Shown here: positions 23,638 to 33,646 of the stretch, in pieces
Layout: each line of letters starts with the position of its first letter
Position numbering within the stretch: position 1 is the first letter of the stretch
Notes under the pieces: generated by a model
Told to the model about the DNA's origin: nothing
The model's database searches: none
Seen by the model: only the letters and a program-made list of their open reading frames with translations
Source of the DNA: Tubulanus polymorphus
Taxonomy: Eukaryota > Animalia > Nemertea
Direction: 5' to 3'
Assembly (NCBI RefSeq): GCF_964204645.1
Contig: NC_134029.1
Coordinates: 11,372,850 to 11,436,849 of the forward strand
Length of the DNA: 64,000 bases
Translations under genes and position numbers: made by a program

Positions 23638-23655
23638 ACATAGTCATATAAATAG

Positions 23656-24267
23656 TTATTTTATAAATTTATATTCATATGGAAATTGTAGTCTCAGTAA
23701 TAATTTTGAACCTTTATTATTCTTTAATTTATTCATATATTCATCATGTAATTCAGTAGGTATAATTTGATTTTCTGCCAATGATTGTTGCATAGATTTT
23801 TTATCTTTGTTATAAAATAAAACTAGAAATCTAATGTTTTCTCTAAAGTCTTTAACAATTGAATTATATTTTTGATTTAAAACCCATGTTGTTATCCCAA
23901 AATGTCTCCCGGAGAAAGCTAAATAACATAACTCACTTTCTCTCACTTTTGAATCATGTAAATTTGCGCAATCATCTACAATGAATAATGTATTTGATCC
24001 TTTATAAGTATCAATTGCTATTTTTATACAATCATCTAAATTTTCTTTTACTGTTTTAGGATCTAATATAATAAACTTTTTCATCTTAACTATATCTCTA
24101 TTACATGTTTTATTCATTTCATAAGTAGGACAAAATAATATTATATTATCAAAATGATTCTTATAAATAGTTTCTAACAAGTCTAATATGAAATGTGTTT
24201 TACCACAATTGGTTACTCCAGTAACTAACATATTATGCGGTTCAAAAATAAATAAATCTTTATTCAT
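23656..24267 (-). CDS. A32/FtsK-like packaging ATPase (inner)
   Basis: Walker A GVTNCGKT, Walker B FIVDD, GRHFGIT, LNQKY, FRENI; intact. Confidence 0.92.
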   Translation of the reverse strand: MNKDLFIFEPHNMLVTGVTNCGKTHFILDLLETIYKNHFDNIILFCPTYEMNKTCNRDIVKMKKFIILDPKTVKENLDDCIKIAIDTYKGSNTLFIVDDCANLHDSKVRESELCYLAFSGRHFGITTWVLNQKYNSIVKDFRENIRFLVLFYNKDKKSMQQSLAENQIIPTELHDEYMNKLKNNKGSKLLLRLQFPYEYKFIK

Positions 24268-25355
24268 TTATTCTTTTAATTTTACTACATAAAATCCATT
24301 CATTAAATTTATCATCGTATCCTTTATATTTCACCAAAGAATAATTTTTTCCTTTAAGAGTTTTTGTTTTCAATACTTTTTCTATTTTGTATTCTATTTC
24401 ATCTGGATTTGGTACAAGTGATAATTCTTGTTCATAGAAATAACCTAATATTTCTTCATCTTTTAAATCTTCTAATTTATAAACAAAAGGTTTAGTTAAT
24501 ATTATCTTTTTAATTTTAAATATTTCTTCTGTAAAATTAGGGGTATAACCTTTATAAAATGTTTTTCTATATTTAGATATTCTTACGTGTTGTCCAATTT
24601 TGAATCTAGGTTCACCGAAATCATGTGTAACAAACGCACCATATAAATTATTCCAAACTATTTCTGAATTATCTTCTTTTCTAGCTTGTATAGGTTTCAT
24701 ATTTATAGAACTATGTTTAGAATTATTATAACCTTTCACCAAATCATCTAACACATCGATATATTTATATGTTTCATTAGCAGTAAAATATTTCCACATT
24801 CTAGTTTTCAATGTTTTATTAAATCTTTCTATAATAGATGCTTTTTTATCTGAGTGTGTTATATTTTATATAGTGAATATTTTACATCGTTATCAGATAA
24901 TAGTTTTTTGAAATGTTTGTTATAAAATTCCTTACCTTCATCAAATTGTATCTTATCTGGAATAGCTTCTTTAAATATAGATTTAAAAGCATTTGTAACT
25001 TCTATGCCAGTTTTATTTTTGATTGGAATTGACCATGCGTATCTACTGAATATATCTATAACATTTAATATCCAGAAATATCCTTTGTTGTATTCCTGTA
25101 AGTTCTTCATGTCAATTAAATCTGCTTGCCATTGTTGATCGACATATGAACCATAACTTTTCTTGTTAAATAACTTTTATCCATTTTCTTGTGGATTTGA
25201 TATGTTGGTTGATTTTGTAACCATGATTTTAATTCACTATATTTTATATCACTATTATCAGATTTAATTTTATTCCATAATTCTGAAACGTTAGAATATG
25301 ATACTTCACTTTCTGGGTTATAATATAAATCTCTTAAATATTGTTCTTTTTTCAT
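24260..25355 (-). pseudogene. rve integrase with chromodomain (inner), two frameshifts
   Basis: LYYNP, QWQADLIDM, IDIFSRYAW, FDEGKEF, IERFNKTLK, VKYKGYDDKFNEW spread over three frames. Confidence 0.92.
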
Positions 25356-25361
25356 CTTCTT

Positions 25362-25730
25362 TTAATCCATTAATAATAATTTAGATTTAGTTTCAATGAC
25401 TTTATGATTTTACTTATTTTCTGGTATAATAGGTTTATCATCATTGGAATCATCTTTATCATCAGAATTGAATTTTGATTTATATATTACACCGGAGAAT
25501 ATAATAACTGTTACTAATCCAATTGTAATATATAATTTATAATTACTTCCAGCATTAGAAGAATCAGATGGATTATTATTTGAAACAATATCAGATAAAG
25601 TCTGTGATTCATTTATATCAGTTCATTTCTTTTTCTTAGCTTTTTTTAATTCTGAAGATCTTTTACCTAATTCTCTTGCCCATTTAATTTGTTTCTCGGA
25701 TCTAATCTTTTTCTTAACTCCATCACTCAT
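25362..25730 (-). pseudogene. Small basic protein with a TM segment, not in the ORF track
   Basis: TAAATG at 25730 gives MSDGVKKKIRSEKQIKWARELGKRS; a shifted frame gives LYITIGLVTVIIFSGVIY. Confidence 0.5.
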
Positions 25731-26325
25731 TTATTTTAGTTAATTTTTGTTCTGATTCATTTTCTGTTTCGACGTTTGGTTGTAGTACATCTGTTTCGTT
25801 CTTACCCGATTTATATTCCATAGGTTTGATGTTCGAAAATGTTATGACACCAGTAGAAATTAATGTCATAACCGATCCTAATTGAAATGAAGCATATCCA
25901 ACCCATTTTTGTAATTCAGTCATAACTAAGTAGTCATTTTTCAAATCACTATATAATTCATTTTCATCATTAATTGGTATTAACTGGTTACATAACTTAG
26001 AATAACATTTGACAATACCATCTGAAATAGAATCATTTATTCGGGCTAATCTAGCTTCTTCATAAATCTTAAAATATTTTATTACTTTATCGGGTTTCAT
26101 AGCATCTAATTCTTGAAAAGTAATAATTCTATTTAAAAACTCTTTAGTTTTTCCACCGGCAATCAATAGTTCTAGATGATGCTTACGATATAAGTAGTAT
26201 TCATAATCTATATTGTTATTAACTTGAATAGAATTAGAAACAACTGTATCTTTATTATCACTTATACCCAAATCATCTAATGTCTTTTCAATATCAATAT
26301 TATTCTTACTCGATTTCTTTGACAT
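25723..26325 (-). CDS. Hypothetical protein
   Basis: Intact 200 aa, TAAATG start, hydrophobic segment near the C-terminus. Confidence 0.65.
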   Translation of the reverse strand: MSKKSSKNNIDIEKTLDDLGISDNKDTVVSNSIQVNNNIDYEYYLYRKHHLELLIAGGKTKEFLNRIITFQELDAMKPDKVIKYFKIYEEARLARINDSISDGIVKCYSKLCNQLIPINDENELYSDLKNDYLVMTELQKWVGYASFQLGSVMTLISTGVITFSNIKPMEYKSGKNETDVLQPNVETENESEQKLTKINE

Positions 26326-26550
26326 TTATATTAGAGGAAAAAAGCAAAAAAGAATATTATAAGTATTCTTCAAATGATACTAGATAGTTCAAGTTAAAGA
26401 ATTCTAGTATTAGTTATTGTTTTTTTAGTATTTTTTATTTGTGATATAAAGTATTCTTTTTTGAAAAGAAAATATTAAAAATATAATAGAAATAATAGAT
26501 AGTTGAAGGTATGTAATTTTTATTATATTTTATTTAAAATCTATTATTCT

Positions 26551-27334
26551 TTAACCACTCATTAAAGACTCAACGTATTGTTCATCATGTGTTGAATTCC
26601 ATAATTCAATAATTTTTTTTGCTTTATCCAGTTGATTCAAATATAACTGTAAATCTAGTTTATTAAATTTTATTTTATTTTCTTTCTTTTCAAGAGGTCT
26701 TAGATTCTTCCAATTCCATATTAACTTCTGATTGTATTCATCATTCATGTTAAATTTCGAAACTGGTAAAACATGGTCTATTTGAAAATATTCGCCATAA
26801 TTATTTATATTCATTTCATCGTTAAACTGATATATTATCCATGATTTTAAGAATTCATCTGTACAACCTAACAAATTAGATAGCGTGTATGAGCGTCTAT
26901 CTTTACTGAATAAATTTGATAATCTAGAACTTAGATATTTTTTCAATTTAAAATTAAAATCTGATTGGCGCCTTTCTTTTTGATAATTATTCATATATTC
27001 TTTATAATGTTCACGATTATTATCCCTCCATTCTCTCATATATTCTGTTTTATAATCTCGATGATTTTCTCTCCATTTTTTATTTTTAACTTTGAATTTT
27101 TTCAATATTATCCATATAATATTCTGTTGAATAATTTGGATTATTTTCAAGAAATTCTTTACTATATAGTTTAGCACAGCTTTTGCAATATGTTTGTTTA
27201 CCATCTTTCTTAGTTTTATTATTATAATATTCTGTAAATGGTTTACTTTTTTTACATTTGCAACATGTCTTCTGATATATATTTACAACACCATTATCAT
27301 TGTTTATATTTATAGCTTGTGATTGTTCCTCCAT
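26551..27334 (-). pseudogene. HNH endonuclease with N-terminal Cys4 zinc ribbon, frameshifted
   Basis: CCKCKK..DGKQTYCKSC in 27086-27334; FQIDHVLP...NWKNLRPLEKKEN in 26551-27204. Confidence 0.8.
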
Positions 27335-27532
27335 TTATAATATACTTTTTATTTAAATTAGGATTTAATATCTCACTACTTTTGTTTATCTATTAGGAGC
27401 AGTAATTATAACTGTCCAGATAAGTCATTTCGGATCCTCGATAATAAATCCTCAAACTGAAAATAAATTCAAAGAAACGACTGGTGGAAATATTATTTCA
27501 TAAACACATATATTTATTATGTAAATTTTAGC

Positions 27533-27866
27533 GATCAATAATAGAACAATGGAGAACAATAGAAAAGCGGTCCAATCGGACCGGTTATTGCGCAATACAC
27601 AGTTATATTTTTATTCTGTAAACTACAACATTCAAACATAGAACTGATCAATATTGAGCAGCTGTTTCCGTCAACAACGATCAATAATAGAACAATGGAG
27701 AAAAATAGAAATGCGGTCCAATCGGAGCGGTTATTGCGCAATACTTCGTTAACAGTAAACAATCAATATAGAACAACCGCCGCCATTAACAACGATCAAT
27801 AATAGAACAATGGAGAACAATAGAAAAGCGGTTTAATCGGACCGGTTATTGCGCAATACACAGTTA
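27533..27866. repeat. Three ~66-bp direct repeats with unequal spacers
   Basis: GATCAATAATAGAACAATGGAGAA...ATCGGACCGGTTATTGCGCAATAC at about 27533, 27679, 27794. Confidence 0.85.
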
Positions 27867-28450
27867 ACAGTAATCAATACAATATTAAAACAGATATATA
27901 CAATCGAGATTACATTTTTTGATATCTTAAAGACCTTCAGTGTGTTACGAGTGTTTCATCCTCCATTTCTATTGATTCCTGAGTTTCACTATTCAGCAGC
28001 ATCAGTTCCTTTTCCGATGGTTGGCTTAGAATTTCTGGTTCATCTTTGTATTCCATTTTAATCTAAAAGATGTCGTGAAAATGAATTACTGTACTTAAAT
28101 ATGTTTAAAGGTTTCCCTACTTCATAATATATTTACTTACATTTAGATTTAGAACTGTAAACTGTGTTTTGAGAGAGAATATCCAATACGTTCCTATGCT
28201 TACGTGCTGCGCGTTTATAACTGGTAGTTATTCACTAGCTAAACACCGTCTGGTGCAACACATGTTCCTTCTTTTGTAATATAATTGATTAATCCTTTTC
28301 AACTGAAATAGCACGTTCGATCAATATTCAAATGAGCTGCGCCCCATTCAACTGAATATGAAATACGGCACAGATGTTTTTGTAAACAACCTAATACAAT
28401 TACATACAGGCGGTTTGACATAGATCGAGAGAAACCGGTTTTCTAAGCGT

Positions 28451-29098
28451 TTAACATTCAACGTATTTTTCATTATGTGTTGAGTTCCATAATACAACAA
28501 ATGTATTTGCTTTATCCAGTTGATCTAAATATAATTTCATATCTAGTTTGTTAGATTTAATTATATTTTCTTTCTTTTCTAAAGGCCTTAAATTTCTCCA
28601 GTTCCAGATTAGCTTCTTATCATAATCATCACTCATGTCAAATTTAGAAATCGGCAACACGTGATCAATATGAAAGTATTCACCATAATTATCTATATTC
28701 ATTTTATCATCGAATTGAAATATAATCCATGATTTGAGAAATTCATCTGAACAACCCAATAGATTAGATAGTGTTTCTGAATGTGTTTCTTTGTTGAATA
28801 ATTGTGTTAATCTAATTCTCAAACATTGTTTCAATTTGTAATTAAAATCTGTATGATATTTTTCCTTATAATAATTTCTATTATACACTTTAATATGTTC
28901 TAAATGATTTTCTTTCCATTGCTTATTTTTATCTTTGCGTGTTTCAGCATTATTTCTATGATTTTGTTTGACAAGTTTTACAATAACTTTGCTTACCATC
29001 TTTCTGAGTTTTAAATTATAATATTCCGAGAGTTGCTTATTTATTTTACATTTAGAACATTTCTTATTGTTTATATTTATAGTTTGTGTACTTTCCAT
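28451..29098 (-). pseudogene. HNH endonuclease paralog 2, apparent compensating frameshifts
   Basis: FHIDHVLP...NWRNLRPLEKKEN; the KDGKQSYCKTC motif lies in an alternate frame near 28970-29010. Confidence 0.75.
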
Positions 29099-29177
29099 TT
29101 AAAATATATATTTTTATTAAAAATTGGTTAATAATTTTAGAATCCTCTTCCATTTCTTCGACCAACGTCATCCTTTT

Positions 29178-29429
29178 TCATTCCTCGATGCTTTTGATAA
29201 GTTGTTTCGATTCCTTGATATCAAATTCCTCAACGTATTGTTCATTATTTGGATCATTGTTCCATAATTCAATAAATTTCTTTGCCTTTGTTAACTGTTC
29301 TGAATATAACTGTAAATATTCTAGTTTCAATTTATTCTCTAAATGTGTTTTAGTTTTATTGTGTCTTGCTTTTTGGGATTTATCTATATTGATATTACAT
29401 GTTGGGCAGTAGTACTTATTTGCTTCCAT
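29178..29429 (-). pseudogene. Chimera of TIR-borne pPolB N-terminus and the C-terminus of a third HNH-family paralog
   Basis: First 38 aa match pPolB; LQLYSEQLTKAKKFIELWN..EQYVE matches the HNH paralog tails. Confidence 0.7.
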
Positions 29430-29911
29430 TTTAATACTAAATTTTTTATTAAAATTGATTTTAGAAGTTCAATGATTTAAATGTTATTAATTTATATGAA
29501 TATTTTAAGAGTAATAGGGGTAATGGGTTTTCATATCAAAGGTTGAATGGTCGAGCTCATTAATAACAAAACATTAAAAGTAATTAAAAACTATAATATA
29601 TTTTCATAACCGCGTGCATTTCAGTTGAATAATAGAATAATTATTATTATTTGAATATATTTGATTATATGAATTTGTGTATTGTAAATAAATCAATTGG
29701 TCGCGGAGCGGAGCGAAGCGGAGCGACCAATTGATTTATTTACAATATGCTTTTTAAATTATTGATATCTTAGAATAAATATTTAGTTTTAATATAAAAT
29801 GCACGCGGTTATGAAAATATATTATAGTTTTTAATTACTTTTAATGTTTTGTTTTTTAATGAGCTCGACCTTTCGACCTTTGGTATGAAAGCCCATTACC
29901 CCTATTACTAC
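29316..29911 (-). repeat. Right TIR of inner Polinton including a ~400-bp terminal palindrome (29510-29909)
   Basis: AGTAATAGGGGTAATGGG... mirrored by ...CCCATTACCCCTATTACT around a GC-rich GGAGCGGAGCGAAGCGGAG apex. Confidence 0.9.
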
Positions 29912-31270
29912 GGTCGTTTCTTCTCCGGTCGTCGATGAATTTCCTTTTTTTCAATTCTACTAGATTAGCCAAACTATAGGGGATGAATTGAAAACTGTCC
30001 AAAAAAAACGAAATTCAAGAAGTTGATAACGATAAACCTTTCTTTCGTTTTCGCCATTATTCTCGGGGTAGGGAATTCCCGCGATTTCGCGAAAGCCACC
30101 AGTTCCCTGATGATCAAATTGAAATCGAATCGCGATCCGTTATGCGCGAACGCGAAAATCTGTGCGTATTTTTGCGCGCGATTTCTGTTGCAGACGTCGC
30201 AGAGAACGCCGAGAAACTTTCCGGTGAGGTGATCGTGGTGCTCCGCCCGCTTTTCATCGGCGCGGAACTTACGTTGACAATATTCGCATTTCGTAACTTT
30301 CGAATAATGCAACCAGTCCTTTCCCGTCATGTTCAACGGCCGGTATATCTTGTCGTTGATTATAGCGACGTGATCTCTTTGCAGCACGAACCATTTCACC
30401 AATTTAACAATGCAGTCTTCTCCGACGAATATCGCCAAGGTAGAATTATATTTCTCGTTCGAACATAAGCGAATTCCCGCCGCGCATATCGCGCGGTGGC
30501 GCTTCACCGGTCCTTTCTCCCCCTCGTCGGTCGGTATCGCCGCTGTTTCTATATCGAAAAATACCACGTGATCGGCGTAACACATACTTCTGAAATATTC
30601 CTAAACTTCAAGCAACTTTCTTCGTCTCCCTCGGGCATACGATACACGATGCCTTTCTTTTTACAAAATACCCCGTGCTCCGATAGTTTTCTCCTGCAGC
30701 TATACGTCGCGAGGCAATAATGACAAACGTGTACCTTTCGTTTACCGACATCTCTCCTGTTCAAAAGTCTGCTCAAGTGCCTAATCAAATAGAAATGCTT
30801 CCGGTGGTAAAGTAAATTTACTCGTTCCGCGCAATGGGGATTTTTCGTGTTGAACAACACGAAGAGTTTTTCATTCGTGTTCAGCCCGAAAACGTTGATG
30901 GAAATAGCGTTTCTGGTTTCGAATTTCGGGATTTGTTTGACAGACGTGGGAAAACCGAGCATCGAAACGTCGAGACCTTCGTAGTGATTTCTGTAAGTCC
31001 AATCGAAGAGGCGTTGCTTCGTTATATAACATTTACTCTTTTTATTTTTTCGCTCGCACATTCGAGTCGCGAGTATACAATAAAGGAAGCATTTGCCGTC
31101 GTCGTTAGGAACGTTTTCTACCTCGACGCACCCTTTTTTCCGCGCTACGCTCGCCGGTAAGGACGGGTGGAAAGTACCGCCGCCGGCGAAGGTTGTGAAG
31201 AATACCCTCGTAACTTTCATTCGTAGAACTTTTTGAAACGTTAACGAACTGCCCTGATGAACAATCGCGT
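29912..31270 (-). pseudogene. polB: Outer pPolB, 5' fragment cut by the inner element
   Basis: DDGKCFLYCI, HFYLIR, CHYC..H...C, ExoI FFDIET, HHDHLTGKF, ExoII AHNGSRFD, LDSFQF; frameshifts; polymerase domain absent from the window. Confidence 0.88.
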
Positions 31271-31564
31271 TAAGGAGGAGAGTGGCGACGAAATGGGGGG
31301 CGCGCTCTTTTAAAGCAGAATGCGGCTGTAATCGTCGGCGAATAAAACCGAAAACTATATCGAACCGAGCGCGAAACAGCGGAATAAGGCGCCGCCCTAA
31401 CAGCGGATATCGAATTAGCGGGTGAGTACAGTAGACTAGTTGTTACCTTATTTTCTTAACTCGAAACTTGATCGTAGCGATCGGCCCAACTGAGCAGGTT
31501 CTCCCAAATGCGGTCGACGTTTTCTACGGTCAACTCTTCGGTTGTCGACGACAAAATAATCTCG

Positions 31565-32280
31565 TCAAATGATCTCCTCAATGGTCCGCGACAAGCAAGG
31601 ACTAGGGGCGGGCTGCTTCTCCAAAAATGGGCCTAAACACTCGCCGGGTGAAAGGTCCAACGGTCGGTCAACCGCGGACGCGCCTAAGACCAGGTCCAGC
31701 GGAAAATTTAAGACGGGTGTGCCCATAGACCCGCCCAACAATCGGTCCGCCGCAGACGTGTCAACCGCTGATGGTTCGCCCGCGAAAAATGGTGTTACGT
31801 AGGGTCTATCGGTTGCTCCGCGTCGAATGGACACACGTAATTACCTAATTGGCGAACCCGGCGTCACGGAACAACAGCACGAAAAACTGGAGGCGCTAGA
31901 ACAGGTCGAACCAGCCGATGAAGGCGGCCGTGTGTATGGTTCACTAGCCCGTATCGGGCTACACCGGTTCGAATCCGTACCCGAAGGACTTACGGTCGTC
32001 GGGAAAGGGAAGGCCGAAGGTGGGCACGTGCACTTTATTTCGTCCTGGAAAACAGCTAACGTCGGACAATCACAATACAAACACCCGTCCGCAAAATCAA
32101 AGTCGGACGACCGAGAATTCGTCCTAGTACTGGCCCCGGAGGGTGACTGCGCAGCGGGTGTCTCGGTAGGAGCAGCGGGTGTCAAACGAACCGTAACGAG
32201 ACACCTTTGCGGGGTGGGGCACCCGAATAGCCGGCGCGGCGACGTTTATTCGTACACCGAACTGGTATCGGCCCCGTCAT
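31565..32280 (-). pseudogene. Cys/Ser/Pro-rich accessory ORF with PLDLS motif
   Basis: ORFs 31841-32185 and 31565-31834 share a frame separated by one TAA; candidate ATG at 32280 needs a frameshift. Confidence 0.4.
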
Positions 32281-32368
32281 TAAGACGCGAAAGATGAATA
32301 AGCCTATCAAAAGAAATACGTAATAATATACGAAACGTTATTACAAAATAACGCTGTAAAATTTCAGA

Positions 32369-33277
32369 TCACTCGAAGTAACCGTAAACACGCGACCTGT
32401 CGGCTAACAATACGTCGTGATCGGGGATAGCGCATAAACTGAAATCCCCCCGATCCCGGGTAGCCGTATAAGGCAACCTGTCGGGTGGAGGGTTCGAATC
32501 CCTCGGCGGCTGTTCAACAATTCCGTCGGTGGTAGTACGCTTGGTGCCGAGCGGGTTCGAATCCCGCGGCGGCTCCCTTAATATACGAGCCGGTACCTCC
32601 CGCCTAGACTCGTGAACTGGGGCAAGCGTGTGCGTTTTAAAAACCGTCGCCCCCGGTGACCACACTTCAACCCAACCGACATGTATCAACAACAACAAAA
32701 AACAGACAATCGCGATGATATCAACTAACGGTAGTTTCCCGGTCTAGGCTGGACAAAGAAAGTAGCCGTCTGCGTCCTTATCACCGAAGAACAACTCGGC
32801 CGGGTTGGCAAAATCGCGAAAGAAATGTGCCCAGAATGGGTCGAATTTTTCCGGCACTCTCACCGGCTTTACCCTTTGCCGGCGTTCGAGGGGGTTCGAA
32901 TCCCTTGAAGTGATCGAAACTGAGGCCTCCTGCTGTGTAGCAGTTGGGTTAGAATCCCGCGAAGGCTCAGCAAGGACGGCCAAAGTCGGCGGCGGGTTCG
33001 AATCCCACAACGGCTCCCTATGCTCTTCCGGAATTTCGAACGGTCGCGCACGTCGCGGGTTCGAATCCCGCAATGTCTCAACAGGGACGACCGGAGTGGG
33101 CAGCGGGTTCGAATCCCACAATGGTTCCCGAAACTCCGCCGGAATTTCAAATGGTTGTACACGAGGTGGGTTCGACTCCCACAATTTCTTTCCGCGTGTC
33201 GTGTCGGTTGTGGTGCGGCGCTTCTTAGAGAACGCGTTCTTCGCACCACAATGAGAACATACAAAAATATGTACCAT
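32369..33277 (-). CDS. Two same-frame ORFs (32744-33277, 32369-32698) with (R/W)DSNP repeats
   Basis: Repeat spacings are all multiples of 3; both ORFs end in a similar GYF motif; coding status unproven. Confidence 0.4.
32488..33182 (+). promoter_or_regulatory. Array of eight tRNA T-arm / Pol III B-box-like motifs (GGTTCGAATCC)
   Basis: Motif starts at 32491, 32554, 32893, 32947 (GGTTAGAATCC), 32995, 33058, 33106, 33169 (GGTTCGACTCC); function inferred. Confidence 0.5.
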
Positions 33278-33639
33278 TCGAACAACAATGATTGATCAAT
33301 GCAAAAAAAAATTCCGGCGCAACTGATAAACTGTACGGGTTCCGGCAGCAATGATACACCGGTCGAAATCCTCTCCTTAATCGTTAATCGTTAAACGTAA
33401 AGATCGGTCCCTGGCGAGAGAACGCGTCCGTGCACGAACCCAAGTAAAAACAAGAATTGCCGGAATTCTGATTAACGATAAAAATATAAACGAAGTTTAT
33501 TTACCTTAAATAGTTTTATGTCCAGCCAACAACCGCAATCCAGATCCCTAGCGCTAGTTTCTAACAAATTTCTCGTGTCTATCGAGTGTCCGTTGAATGT
33601 GTCTCTCTCGAGTGTCTGCTCGCCCTGAGTGCGGGCCCC

Positions 33640-33646
33640 TTTTATA
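33640..33646 (-). promoter_or_regulatory. Candidate TATA box for the minus-strand accessory block
   Basis: CTATAAAAGGGGCCCG in GC-rich surroundings upstream of the 33277 ORF. Confidence 0.4.

Larger units (their letters stand above)
6529..29911 (+). mobile_element. Inner Polinton/Maverick (AT-rich), near full length, left terminus truncated
   Basis: Sharp composition shifts at both edges; inverted repeats 6529-6919 and 29316-29706; pPolB, penton, MCP, ATPase and integrase; right end ...CCCCTATTACTAC. Confidence 0.93.

Noticed and set aside
27533-27866. Repeat-spacer pattern as a mini-CRISPR
   Set aside because: Only three long repeats with unequal, partly related spacers
32460-33190. Cluster of canonical tRNA genes
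   Set aside because: Motif spacing of 48-63 nt is too short and D and anticodon arms are not evident
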